Below the pieces are notes generated by a model. The model did no database searches, was not told the origin of the DNA, and was given only the letters and a program-made list of their open reading frames with translations. A stretch of 62,842 nucleotides of DNA, the filler included, from Globobulimina sp. (taxonomy: Eukaryota): NCBI GenBank assembly GCA_003354225.1. It is 53 parts of 53 records of this genome, joined end to end, with 100 filler letters (N's around TTAATTAATTAA, not from the genome) between each part and the next. Parts side by side here need not be neighbours in the genome. Positions count along the whole stretch, not along the records: positions 46,325 to 47,411 come from PIVH01023880.1; positions 47,512 to 48,598 come from PIVH01023881.1; positions 48,699 to 49,785 come from PIVH01023882.1; positions 49,886 to 50,972 come from PIVH01023883.1; positions 51,073 to 52,159 come from PIVH01023884.1; positions 52,260 to 53,346 come from PIVH01023885.1; positions 53,447 to 54,533 come from PIVH01023886.1; positions 54,634 to 55,720 come from PIVH01023887.1; 45 more parts are not named here. One strand, written 5' to 3'. The first letter of the stretch is position 1; the number at the start of each line of letters is the position of its first letter. Made by a program: the position numbers and the translations under genes. Below, piece after piece: positions 47,373-59,381 of the stretch.

Positions 47373-47576
47373 GTTGACTGAGGTTTGATAAAATGTTGTT
47401 TGAAAACTTTTNNNNNNNNNNNNNNNNNNNNNNNNNNNNNNNNNNNNNNNNNNNNTTAATTAATTAANNNNNNNNNNNNNNNNNNNNNNNNNNNNNNNNN
47501 NNNNNNNNNNNTTACACACAAATTGATTTGTTGTCTGTGTGCAAGGATATATACACAAATATGCACAAATATGCAG

Positions 47577-48518
47577 GTAAATGCATGGAAATCGCAAAAA
47601 TTAATAAAAATTAACGATGAGATTGACAATGCTGTGGCTTATGAGGAAATATTATTAAATGCACAAAAACAATGTAATGACATATTAGTTAACAAACAGT
47701 TAGATTCCAAGCAGAAAAAAACACACATAAAATCTATCAAAAACAGCATAATCATTGATGAAAAATATCGTGATTCCACCGCATTGGCCAAACATATAAA
47801 TAACTTCACCAAATTAATTGATATCAACTATCAAAAAAGCATTTCATTGGCACAATTATCGCAATATGGACAGATTTCATTCGATAAAGAAAACAATTCC
47901 ATCTCAGTACCAATGCTAAGTTTATCCCCTCCCATCAAAGGAAGAGAGAGTAAAAATGGATATAAACTGAAATTAAAATGGACCGTATCCCATCCCTTAA
48001 CTGCTGACAATTTTATTGTTCGCTGTTTGACAGTCGACAATAATACAAATGATGAAATGGATGAAAAACTGCAAGAACTTAATAATACAATGCAAAGAGG
48101 GGGAAATATATGGAAATCATTGATATTTGAAATGACTCAAAGCAACGCCAAAAGTACGCAATTCGAAGCAGAGGTGAATGAGACAACATTTTTATTTGAT
48201 AAAACCTATGTTTTTCGAGTCGAATATCATTTAACTGATCCCGTTAATTTATTAATTGGGAGCAACGAAACACAATTTCAGTTTGAAAACCTTCCGCCAT
48301 CGTCGAATAAGGCTGAATTTATTGAGTTGGAACATTTTTCGTCGCGCGGATTTTCATACGAAGGGCATCCGAAATATTTATTGTATGATAATAATAAATG
48401 TAAATATCGAAGTAAACATAATAAAGATTTCCATTACAATGAGCGGGATTGGATTGTGTTTAAATTGAAACACTCCGGATATGTCCGGACGTATTTACCA
48501 AAAGCAGTTGTTGTCAAA
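47577..48518 (+). CDS. Internal exon: coiled coil + FN3-like + discoidin-like domain start
   Basis: Bounded by CAG| and |GTTAAT; LKLKWTV...TYVFRVEY; HPKYLL...YRS...DWIVFKL. Confidence 0.45.
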
Positions 48519-48698
48519 GTTAATATATATTAGTTTTGCTCTGGTTTTGTAGTGTATGATTGTTAATTGTGTGATTGTAACAGAATTGTTCGGGTACGNN
48601 NNNNNNNNNNNNNNNNNNNNNNNNNNNNNNNNNNNNNNNNNNTTAATTAATTAANNNNNNNNNNNNNNNNNNNNNNNNNNNNNNNNNNNNNNNNNNNN

Positions 48699-48932
48699 GG
48701 GTGTGTTCTGTCTTCTCTTTTGTGTGTGTTCTGTCTGCTCTTTTTTGTGGTGTGTTTTCTGAGCGTCATAAAGTGATCACACATATGTTCGAGTCAACCA
48801 ATCAGAGAAAAATTATTTTTAGAGTTTAGGTTAGACAGAACACACCACACAAAAGAGCAGACAGAGCACACACACAAACAAGGGCAGACAGAGCACACCC
48901 CAGAGAAGAGCAGACAGAGCACACCCCCACAC
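48699..48932. repeat. Inverted array of approximately 22-24-bp subunits (cagacaga(a/g)cacac), likely intronic
   Basis: gtgtgttctgtc copies at about 48700-48750 face agacagaacacac/agacagagcacac copies at about 48833-48930. Confidence 0.65.
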
Positions 48933-48940
48933 AAATTGAA

Positions 48941-49373
48941 CGTATTTTTCATGCAAATCATCATACTCATTCAATACATTTGTTTCTTTCTGTTCCTGTT
49001 CTGGTTCTTGTTGTTGATTATTATTGGCATCGTCTGTTGGACTTTGTGAAGGAATAACTTCCTCAGCATTTGATACGCGTACTGTTGACCGACTGTCTTC
49101 ATCATCACTTAATTCAAGCAGTTGATGTTTTAACTCTGCTTCAATTGCTTGCTCCTCATCCATTGTACATGCTATTTTGTTGTAATTATGACATAAAAGC
49201 GGCACTGTTATAATTTTAGAAAGCAATTACATACATTCCGAATAATTATCAACATTATTATTTTCTGCTTCTGTTGTGACTGTTTGTAACTCGCCAACAA
49301 CTTCACGTACAAATCCATTGAAATCTTTTGCAAGATCTCCCAAACTTGCTCCAATACCAAACAAATTATTCAT
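48941..49373 (-). CDS. Hypothetical acidic/coiled-coil protein, first exons; intron 49172-49234
   Basis: MNNLFGIG...YSE|SCTMDEEQ joined in frame by a GTATGT...ATAG intron. Confidence 0.6.
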
Positions 49374-49456
49374 AATTATAATGCAATAAATGCAATCCAA
49401 CTCGCAAACATCATGATGAAAAGTAGTATTACTCAAAAACTTATTTAAATCGCATC

Positions 49457-49785
49457 ATGTCAGCTTCACCAACGCAACATCACTACCCAGGACCAGATAA
49501 ATGTGTCGTATATTGGGACTACGAAAACATTGCCATCCCACGTGGCTGTGCATTGCGTACCGTAATCGGGGTTTTAAAAGAACGAATCTGGGCTAAAGTC
49601 GGTCCAAAACAAATCCCAATCCACTTCAAATTGTACATTCGCGCAACCAAACTAAACCCGCACCTCTCAGAAGAAATGGATATAAACGGTGTGGAACATA
49701 TAAATATCAGCAGCAAAAAACCCGAATCTGTGGATAAACGAATGTTGATCGACATTGCATTGCAACTCTACGAATTAGAAAAATG
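49457..49785 (+). CDS. NYN-domain (LabA/limkain-b1/MARF1-like) ribonuclease, 3'-partial
   Basis: VYWDYENIAIP and KPESVDKRMLIDI motifs. Confidence 0.85.
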
Positions 49786-50136
49786 NNNNNNNNNNNNNNN
49801 NNNNNNNNNNNNNNNNNNNNNNNNNNNNNTTAATTAATTAANNNNNNNNNNNNNNNNNNNNNNNNNNNNNNNNNNNNNNNNNNNNTAATGATATAACCAT
49901 TATTACCAACATGATGCAGAGAAAACTGAGCATAAAACCTAAATTTGTGTGGTACATCACAGACTGAAATATGTCCAAAATTCTGAACAAAAAGCAATTG
50001 TTTCAAAAGAATTGATTGGATATAAATACGTGTACAATATACTCCTTGTTTATTATTGTCAGTCTCATTGAATGTTGTAAATTTAACAACATTCTCATCT
50101 GCAACGGCAATCTCTTCCTGTTAATTAACAAAACAA

Positions 50137-50972
50137 TCAAAACAATACGAACACGTACAGACTGTACAGTACCTCCGCGTGTCTTATTTGGTATCTATTC
50201 CAATGATATTCACAATCTTTTAAAGCGGTCGCTTGAAATTCTTCTTCAATTTGTAAGGGATTTAAGTGATATGTTTCCAGCATTAATGTGAGTAAGTTCA
50301 TGTCATGTCGCCCAGCTGCAATATGTAGCAATTTATGCTTTGGATTACGAGCATCACAGCCAATCACATGCAGCATATATTTCATACATTCATAAGGATA
50401 TGCTTCATTAGTTGCATAATCAGATAATAATGTATTTCTCCACAACGTATAACATCTCCAATCAGTGTTAAACGCATAGTTTTTGGGTATTATTCGTTTT
50501 AGTAATGCTAGATTGGGCGTAGCTAACATCGATCTAATTTCCCATACGGTCTGTGGACGAATATGAATTATATGTTGTTTGCTTTTACTTTCTGCCGCCA
50601 TGTGAATTATGAAAGGATGTTCAATATCTTTGTGATAACAATATACATGGAATCTTGCGAGAGTTTGACGAATGACGGAAACACCAGTTTTCAACGCAGC
50701 TTCTACAATATTTATTGGATATAAATCTTTGTCCCAATAATTGTTACAGTTCATTAAGTCGTTGATATCAATTTGTGGGTTCTGTAGTTTCCGTTTTATA
50801 AGAACCATACCTTTGTTTAGTTTGCTATGATAAGCCCAAACAGATAACTTTTCTAATTTATTGTTGTTTGTGTTCAGTATACCGTCAGTTTTTTGCACCG
50901 CTAAATTTCGTGATTTCGCATTGTTATACGATATAAATACTAATTTTTTCACTGTCGTATAATTCCAAATTT
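50137..50972 (-). CDS. Hypothetical protein with an ankyrin-like motif
   Basis: Long open frame; LLHIAAGRHDMNLLTLML. Confidence 0.45.
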
Positions 50973-51072
50973 NNNNNNNNNNNNNNNNNNNNNNNNNNNN
51001 NNNNNNNNNNNNNNNNTTAATTAATTAANNNNNNNNNNNNNNNNNNNNNNNNNNNNNNNNNNNNNNNNNNNN

Positions 51073-52159
51073 CTACTACTACCAATCCCTAAACCGAAGA
51101 AGAACCATAGCAATCCAAAAAACTACCGTCCCATTGCAATATCTTCGTGCCTAGGTAGAGTTTTTGAGAAGGTCCTAGCAAATAGACTTCAACATTTCTG
51201 CATAAAAAACAAAATATTTAACAACTACCAGTGCGGCTTTCAAATAAATAGATGCTGCGATGATGTGCTAACCTCCTTCATTGCAGATATCCAATCGTCC
51301 CTTGATATGGTCAGTGACACGGATGTCGTTTTCACGGACTTTTCCAAAGCGTATGACAGCGTTTGGCATAATGGACTGCTCTATAAACTTATACAGAATA
51401 ACATAGATGGAAACATATTAAATGTCCTCGCATCTTTCATACAAACAAGATACACCAAAGTAATTGCAAAAAATGCTGAATCCAATTGGGTTGCTCAACC
51501 AATTGGAGTACCCCAAGGATCAGCGTTATCCCCCATACTATATATACTATTTACAAACGATTACAAAGTCCGATATCCAAATTATGTAAACTTTGCCTGT
51601 TTTGCGGATGATACCGCTTTCTGGACTTCCCCAGGCTCAAAGGATCCACTCCGATATAAATTCCTACAAAATGAAATAGATAACTTCTGCGAATGGTGTA
51701 GTAAATGGCAGCTAATGTTAAACCCGTCGAAATGCGCTTCCTTGAACATCTCCCATAGCAAAGCCTTAAAATTCCATCCCAAATCCACATTGGCCATTGA
51801 CCCACACACAAATAAATCAACCCATATCAGTAAATACAAAATAAACTCCATTCCAATAAAATATGAGCCAGTAATAAGATACCTCGGGCTGTGGTTTGAT
51901 GAAAGATTGAACTTCAAAGCGCACATTGCCCGAATTAAAGCCAAATCAATAAGTAGTTACTGGCGCCTTTTCTTCACAATTAAATCCGGTATAAAATTAA
52001 CACCGATGTCCATCTCCATTCTATACAAATCCTTGGCGCGGTCCAGAATGGAATACGGCATCACCCACTACCATCCTTATGATAGTTCCGATTCACTCAA
52101 AATCATCCAAAATAGGTTCCTCCGTCTTCCAATTCCATGCAGACTTGACTCCCCAATGG
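51073..52159 (+). mobile_element. Non-LTR retrotransposon reverse transcriptase (I/Jockey-like), internal fragment
   Basis: PIPKPKK...NYRPIAISSCLGRVFEK, QCGFQ, DFSKAYDSVWH, GVPQGSALSP, FADD, RYLG; open throughout. Confidence 0.95.
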
Positions 52160-52259
52160 NNNNNNNNNNNNNNNNNNNNNNNNNNNNNNNNNNNNNNNNN
52201 NNNTTAATTAATTAANNNNNNNNNNNNNNNNNNNNNNNNNNNNNNNNNNNNNNNNNNNN

Positions 52260-53157
52260 ATAAATTGAGGTATTTCCGGTTTTCTGTGGTACAATAAACG
52301 ATTGGCAATATTTGATAGATTATATAAAATAAAATGTAGTAAACGAGTAAGAAAATATAAATATGATTCATGTACGACAGCGACACAATATTATTAAATT
52401 TTAATTTTGGATTAATATCATAATACATTTTATATATTTTTACCTTCAATTTTTCCTGAAATTGATCCATTTTAAAATACTTTTTTTCAATCATTTCATG
52501 AGAATGTTCATACAAATCAAATAAATATCGATGTATTACAATACAACGAATTAATTTCTCTTTGTAATCGTGTCTGCATTCAAAATATATAAATTTGTAT
52601 AAATGTATTGTATCGCTGTCATATCCGCGTAATATCAATTGGAAATTCATCCAAATTAAAATAAAGTGCCATGAAAATCCAAAATACCAAATACAAAATG
52701 TACAGAATACGACAATAAACGAACATGAAATTGCTTCCCAGAATAAATTCCAAACATATTTGAACATATCCCACGAACCATTACGTGACAAACAACAGCA
52801 ACATTTCCTCCTTTTTATACATCGCGGCATTTTATAATCACTGTCAAAAAATATTGAAAACAATAGAAAATAGAAAAATGCAAATATCGGAGATATTATA
52901 TAGAAATATTCTATATACATCCAACAGATATATTTGTCACATTTGTGTTGCAGAATAAATGAATTCTGTATTAGAGAGCCAATAAATGTAATTAATGCAA
53001 ATCCAGTCGATATTATGCGTATTACATTCATTTTTGTCAATAATAAATGTGAAATTCGATCGTCGCAATGAAATATTGGCCCATCGTCAAAACTTATAGT
53101 TTGGTATTTTGTTGTTTTTGACCTCGATAATACTCGCATAGCCGAAAAAGAAGGCAT
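52260..53157 (-). CDS. Multi-pass membrane protein, 3'-partial
   Basis: Several hydrophobic segments in an open frame of about 300 aa. Confidence 0.55.
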
Positions 53158-53597
53158 TTTACAACACTACATCTGGTGCAGTTTTGCAAACCTGTAAAAA
53201 TAATAAAAAAAAAACTTGAAGTAAATTTAAATCAGAAGAACACAGACAAACAACAAGAACAGAAACACTTTATTTTTCAACAGCAGACGATTACTAGTTT
53301 GCACGTTGGTTTTAACTCACAAATAAAAAAAAAAGGGTTTTTGTGTNNNNNNNNNNNNNNNNNNNNNNNNNNNNNNNNNNNNNNNNNNNNTTAATTAATT
53401 AANNNNNNNNNNNNNNNNNNNNNNNNNNNNNNNNNNNNNNNNNNNNTGAAGCGCAATAAAAACTATTCTGCATATCTCCGTCGATCATCTTTTTTAAAAA
53501 ACGTTATTTCATTGTACTTTTGTATCAATTCGTTGTGTTTTCATCACTCTCCTCTTCAACTAATTGAAGTACGCAGCTCAACTAACTGTGTACAACC

Positions 53598-54308
53598 ATG
53601 GCAGAACAAAAAAGCAAGGACGAAAATAAATTTTCAGGTAGAGATTTTGTACAATTGCACGATTTATCAACTGAAAATCTGAATGGTCAAATTGGAACCA
53701 TCGAATCGTTGGACAAACAAAGCAATCGATATATTGTGTTTGTAAATGGCAACAGAATGAAAATAAAATGCACCAATTTAACTCTATTTAAACCATATAA
53801 AGTAAGCAAAATTGAAAACAAAGGAATGGGATTGGTTGCGGAGTGTCATCTGAAAGCGGGAGATATTATATTACAGGAAAATATGTGGTTTGGTTTCAAG
53901 AAAAATGAACAATTCACATTGCAATCCATTGTATCGAAATTTAATCAGTTATCACAAAAACAGCAAACTCGTTATCTGACATTATCGCATCATGCAGACG
54001 AAAAACAGAATCAACATACAATTATACAACAAATATATTTGAATAACAGAGTGGAAAATGAACAATGTGTTGCTGATGATAGTTATACAGAAGGATTACT
54101 ACCAACTTTTTCCTGTCTCAATCATTGTTGTATACCAAATGCATTTTGTTTCTTTGATAATAGCAGAGGAGCAACACAAATAGTGACTGCATTGAAAGAT
54201 ATTGCAAAGAATGAAGAGATAGTGACCAGTTATTTAGGCGGATTCTATTCTTTTGAAGAAAGACAACGCAAATTATTTAATACATGGACAACTGACATAT
54301 TCAAGTGA
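53598..54308 (+). CDS. SET-domain methyltransferase lacking the post-SET CxC
   Basis: NKGMGLVA...GDIILQE, FSCLNHCCIPNA, ALKDIAKNEEIVTSY. Confidence 0.88.
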   Translation: MAEQKSKDENKFSGRDFVQLHDLSTENLNGQIGTIESLDKQSNRYIVFVNGNRMKIKCTNLTLFKPYKVSKIENKGMGLVAECHLKAGDIILQENMWFGFKKNEQFTLQSIVSKFNQLSQKQQTRYLTLSHHADEKQNQHTIIQQIYLNNRVENEQCVADDSYTEGLLPTFSCLNHCCIPNAFCFFDNSRGATQIVTALKDIAKNEEIVTSYLGGFYSFEERQRKLFNTWTTDIFK

Positions 54309-54382
54309 AGTAAGCGTTGATCTCATGTTGATCACAATACAATAACATAATGTATGTGCCTGATTGAAGTATCACAATGACT

Positions 54383-54533
54383 GTAGTTGTACAAACAAGG
54401 TGGTGACTGATTGAAGTAGTTGTACAAACAAGGCGGTGACTGATTGAAGTAGTTGTACAAACAAGGCGGTGACTGATTGAAGTAGTTGTACAAACAAGGC
54501 GGTGACTGATTGAAGTAGTTGTACAAACAAGGC
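54383..54533. repeat. 33-bp minisatellite (gtagttgtacaaacaaggcggtgactgattgaa), about 4.6 copies to the contig end
   Basis: Head-to-tail copies with no spacers. Confidence 0.92.
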
Positions 54534-54645
54534 NNNNNNNNNNNNNNNNNNNNNNNNNNNNNNNNNNNNNNNNNNNNTTAATTAATTAANNNNNNNNNNN
54601 NNNNNNNNNNNNNNNNNNNNNNNNNNNNNNNNNAAGAGACACAAA

Positions 54646-55689
54646 ATGTCGTCGTATAGAAGCACAGACAATGATTATGCCTCAATCGTTGGAGTTAATA
54701 ACTTTCGACGACGTAAAACCGATAGAAACGTTCCAACAGAAACTGATATTATACGAATAGAAGAAGCACGAAATTACAACAGAAAAAAATCAATCAGTGG
54801 ACATAAAAAACTGGATGGTATCTTCGACGTATTTAAATTCAACGTATCATTTCAAGAGAGATTACAATATCGTGTCATTGGTGGACGGCTAGGAATCATT
54901 CTGTATTTTATGAATATGCAGAAAGATAGAGGCCGCTATTTAAATGACCCAATGAGATACGATAAGATATTAACAGATATTATCCCTCTTTGGGGAAAGC
55001 TTAAGGTTTGGTGTCGAGGACAAGGAAAAAGAAGAAATTGTGGTGACAAATTCGCGGAATTAACTTTTTCGTGGGATTCGGATCAATATGACATGGAAGA
55101 ATCTGGCATTTATGGCGTGGTTGATTTTGTAATATTAACGAAGCAAATAATGAGAACGATAAATGAGTTACGATGCCAAAGAGACTACGCGTTTGGCAGA
55201 GCATTAGGCCTCGATTTTAACATTAATATAAGTCGCAGGAGATACGAAGCACCAAAATTATATAAATTTGTGTGCGGAAACGCGTTTATTACACCAAAAT
55301 TCTTCGCAAGCAGGGCATGTAACGATGACGTGTCTGCAAAATACATATTAGATACTATTACAAAGCAATATGGTGCATTTAGAATAACGTGCGAACGCTT
55401 TGGCGATCTGTCAAAGAAAATAAGTCAGTCACTGTTAGTAACCTCGTCAGGCAACATTGACAAGAATTGGTTGGGACGAAATATCAGAAAAGTCTCAGGA
55501 CAGAAAGTGTATTGGTCGACGTACGCCGCAAATGCGCCGAAGAAGAAAGGCGGCGTTTGGTCAAACACGAAGAAATTAAAAGAATTCAAAGATAAAATAG
55601 TCGTTACTGGAGTCAACAGAGCAATTGAATGGGATATAAAAAATAGCAATTATCAACAAAGCATAGTAGCCCAATTACAAAAACGTTAG
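54646..55689 (+). CDS. Basic intronless hypothetical protein (347 aa)
   Basis: Long ORF; no recognisable motif. Confidence 0.6.
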   Translation: MSSYRSTDNDYASIVGVNNFRRRKTDRNVPTETDIIRIEEARNYNRKKSISGHKKLDGIFDVFKFNVSFQERLQYRVIGGRLGIILYFMNMQKDRGRYLNDPMRYDKILTDIIPLWGKLKVWCRGQGKRRNCGDKFAELTFSWDSDQYDMEESGIYGVVDFVILTKQIMRTINELRCQRDYAFGRALGLDFNINISRRRYEAPKLYKFVCGNAFITPKFFASRACNDDVSAKYILDTITKQYGAFRITCERFGDLSKKISQSLLVTSSGNIDKNWLGRNIRKVSGQKVYWSTYAANAPKKKGGVWSNTKKLKEFKDKIVVTGVNRAIEWDIKNSNYQQSIVAQLQKR

Positions 55690-56052
55690 AAAGTCGATGA
55701 AAATGGAAACATTTTATTGANNNNNNNNNNNNNNNNNNNNNNNNNNNNNNNNNNNNNNNNNNNNTTAATTAATTAANNNNNNNNNNNNNNNNNNNNNNNN
55801 NNNNNNNNNNNNNNNNNNNNATGCAACATCCACTCAATTTTTTTAAACAAAGTTATACATTTTAAAAAAAAAGTATAGACCTGTATACTGTAGATCTAGG
55901 GACTTTATATGTGAGATCTTAACATTACTCCCGGAAGGAATCATATTAATATCTATGGTGGAGTTATGTGTGGTAAATAAACATCCAATTAATACTTAGG
56001 TGGCATCCGGAGTACCTCCTTCATACTGATCGAACATCTGAACAATTTCGCA

Positions 56053-56191
56053 GTTCAGCTATAATCAGTGGTATCTCCGGAATACCTCATCATACAACAT
56101 CATTACGGATCATTCTAGAATAACTCGTGGGTTCAGCTATAATCAGTGGCATCTAGAATACCTCATCATACAACATCATCACGGATCATTC
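56053..56191. repeat. Direct repeat pair of about 62 bp (gttcagctataatcagtgg...acggatcattc)
   Basis: Copies start at about 56053 and 56132, with a few differences. Confidence 0.8.
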
Positions 56192-56569
56192 CAATCAACG
56201 GTGGTGTGTAATTAGTTGGGATTTTAAGCAGGAACTTAGAGGGTTAATTGTTTGTATAGCCTGCACTTATTACACCTTGTGATACTCCCATTAGTTGTGA
56301 CTTAGATGGTTTCTCACGATCTATACCCAATACCATAACTACTATATATACCCACACAAACTTTCTGATTTTGACTCGTGGGATACTTTTTTTAAATATT
56401 TTGAGCACGAATGGTGATGGCGATGAACCGAGTTAATTTTTAAGCACAAATGGTGATAAATAATGAACCAAGAGAAATTGTTGTTTTAGGTAAAAACTGT
56501 GTTGGGGGCAAAAACTGTGTTGTAATTTTTATTTAATAAAATAATTTTTTTAATAAATAAAAACTTTTT

Positions 56570-56905
56570 CTATAAATCTTTTGTTAGTAATCGACCGTTT
56601 TTAGTAACAGTTAGTTCTTTAAATTTGTACATAAAAATTTCTATTTGATAGTCACTACCACTAGTGAAACCTATGCTTCCAGCGGTCGTAGTAACATTAG
56701 TAGAAACAGATAGAGTGGAGTTTTGAGGCATTATAGTTATAAGTCCGATTTCGTCACTTACTCTACCATCTTTGGCATTCCAACTTATAATATTTACTGC
56801 TGAAACATCAAAAGTTGTTTCAACAGTACAAGTATAACCTAATTTTTTTACACAAGGTAAATCATTTATAGCCGCTGCTATAACTTCGACAGTTGCATCA
56901 TAGGC
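56570..56905 (-). CDS. C-terminal 111 aa of an ORF missing from the track; possible viral jelly-roll capsid C-terminus
   Basis: AYDATVEVIAAAINDLP...GFTSGSDYQIEIFMYKFKELTVTKNGRLLTKDL*. The frame is open from the contig end; the capsid call is inference. Confidence 0.45.
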   Translation of the reverse strand, partial: AYDATVEVIAAAINDLPCVKKLGYTCTVETTFDVSAVNIISWNAKDGRVSDEIGLITIMPQNSTLSVSTNVTTTAGSIGFTSGSDYQIEIFMYKFKELTVTKNGRLLTKDL

Positions 56906-57007
56906 AANNNNNNNNNNNNNNNNNNNNNNNNNNNNNNNNNNNNNNNNNNNNTTAATTAATTAANNNNNNNNNNNNNNNNNNNNNNNNNNNNNNNNNNNNN
57001 NNNNNNN

Positions 57008-57996
57008 AATACAAAACCAATTAAAAAAGTGAATAATATGCCAATATAATAAATAAGTACATCTGTATAAACATGTAAGTACATATCATGAATATGCACA
57101 TTTATGTTCCATTTGGAGGCTGATTTATGCTGTAAATCCACTGCCAATTCAAACTTATCATAGCCAGATGGCAATAAAGCAGTCGTTAACCACATTAAAG
57201 GAATAATAATAAATATAAAAAGGCCCACATATATACAGCTGGTAGTGCATTGAAATGGTTTTAGTGGGACTAACAACGACGCAGTGCCGACAAGAGGCTG
57301 TATGGAGAGACTCGTCGCACTGCTCATACTTTTGAAGCTGTCATTGGACGAATTGATATCTTTAATATCCATATCGGCAGCGTCCTGTTGTGAAGTATAT
57401 AAGTTCTGTTTGCGTTGAATATTATTTTTACGCGGTGTTAGTTGTCGATTTTGACGTTTTCGTCTGTGATTCTTCAATAATCTGTAGGCGATGAGTAAGA
57501 ATACGAAACCAAATGGCGGCCATAACACAAATAATTGGAATGACAAAATATAGATATTCATATGCTGTGAGCTTGGCGGAGTGTGAGATAACTTGAAATA
57601 TAGTGAACCATTCCATTGCGAGGGAAGAAATAAAAATGTTGGGATAAAAATGCAAGACAACGCCAGTAATGTAAGTGTGATGCATTTGAGAACGATATGG
57701 ATTGATTTGGATGCAGCGATTTTTGGGATAGAATCTATGATAAACATGAAACCCAATGGAGATAAAAATATATATACACAGATGGCAGCGAATTGTGCGT
57801 CAGTTTGAAAACAAAGCCAATCACATTGTAAACGATTAAAATATATTGCAAAAATAGTGCTGGTTACGCCAAGAAATAATTCGATAAAATATAGTAAACT
57901 GAGTTTTTTGGATGAATAGAATGGTGATGACAGAGATTTGTTGTTTGTTAGATAGTCTTCCATTGGTTTCAATTTGAACGCTTGAGAGGAAGCCAT
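57008..57996 (-). CDS. Multi-pass membrane protein, 3'-partial
   Basis: About six hydrophobic segments with a basic cytosolic loop. Confidence 0.6.
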
Positions 57997-58194
57997 TGCT
58001 GATTAGTAAATGAGAAAAAAAAAACTTTTTTTTTACACAAATGTCAACACATTCCAGAAAAAGAAGAAAACGCGACAAAGAAGAGAACGATGATNNNNNN
58101 NNNNNNNNNNNNNNNNNNNNNNNNNNNNNNNNNNNNNNTTAATTAATTAANNNNNNNNNNNNNNNNNNNNNNNNNNNNNNNNNNNNNNNNNNNN

Positions 58195-59111
58195 TTACGT
58201 TTTAATATCTTTGTTTGCAATAAATTTCCAATAATTTTCTCATTTTGATACCACGGAGCATGGTCACTGGCGCTGTCAATTAATTCATAACCATATCGAT
58301 TAACAGCCCATGTTATTACCTCTCTGTCATTCTGTATGCCAGCTGTGCCAATACCAACTGATGGGATTTTATGTGATTTCCCATCAATCACTGTTTCATT
58401 CCATGTGAAATATTTTAAATCTTCACTAAGACCAAAACTCCATTCATCACTATCTTTCATCACCACAGTTTCAAAATGTTCATTTTTAAAATTTGCACCA
58501 GGATTATTCGCTGTACAGACCTCATATTTTTCACGCAATCGTTGGAAATAATATCTCTTTTCAGGTATTTCACAGTGAATTGCAATCATACAAGTTCCTC
58601 CAGCATTTATTGCATTATTTGCCATACCATTTGGAAATTCATTTGTACTCTTTGTTGATGCCATAATCGTTCCATCTTTGTTCGCAATGTTCCAATTAGT
58701 TCCATTGTGTTGTATAGAAAGTCTAGTGGACAAACTATAATATTTTGCAGTGAAACCGTGTCCATTGATTTTTAAATAATCAAATCCATGCATTTTATGA
58801 CATTTATTAGGATGAGAGGTAACACCTAATACAAGACAATCTTGTTTCCATTCAAAAGAGCTAGTGACCTCATTACATTTAACATGAATGGATGGATGAA
58901 TTAGCCATTTCTTAGTGGTTTGATTGTAGACTCTCCATTGTGATCTATGCCGTGCTATTTCAGACGGATGCAATGCGTTACTGTTTTTGTATGCAACTAC
59001 GGATCCTTCGTCACCAACAATTGTCGAAATACTCCATCTCGATATAGTGCTTCTAAAATAGCTCCACCATAATTTGTATTGTTTGTCAGAGGGTGTAATG
59101 AGGCTAAACAC
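58195..59111 (-). CDS. Aldo-keto reductase domain preceded by a long N-terminal extension, partial
   Basis: IPSVGIGT...GYELIDSASDHAPWYQNEKIIG. Confidence 0.75.
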
Positions 59112-59381
59112 ATGTCTTTTATCTGTCGTTTGTTCTCTGTATCAGGACAATTGAACATTATGTGAGAAAATTAAGTTTTAATTTCATTTCAATTTTTAAC
59201 TGTTGAGTGTATTGACCAAAAAAATCTATATTCAATGCATTTCCAAACGAATAAATATTGATATCACCACAACTTTCATATNNNNNNNNNNNNNNNNNNN
59301 NNNNNNNNNNNNNNNNNNNNNNNNNTTAATTAATTAANNNNNNNNNNNNNNNNNNNNNNNNNNNNNNNNNNNNNNNNNNNN

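Noticed and set aside
54383-54533. 33-bp array as CRISPR, or as the coding repeat ORF 54332-54526
   Set aside because: No spacers; the open frame follows simply from a stop-free unit divisible by 3.
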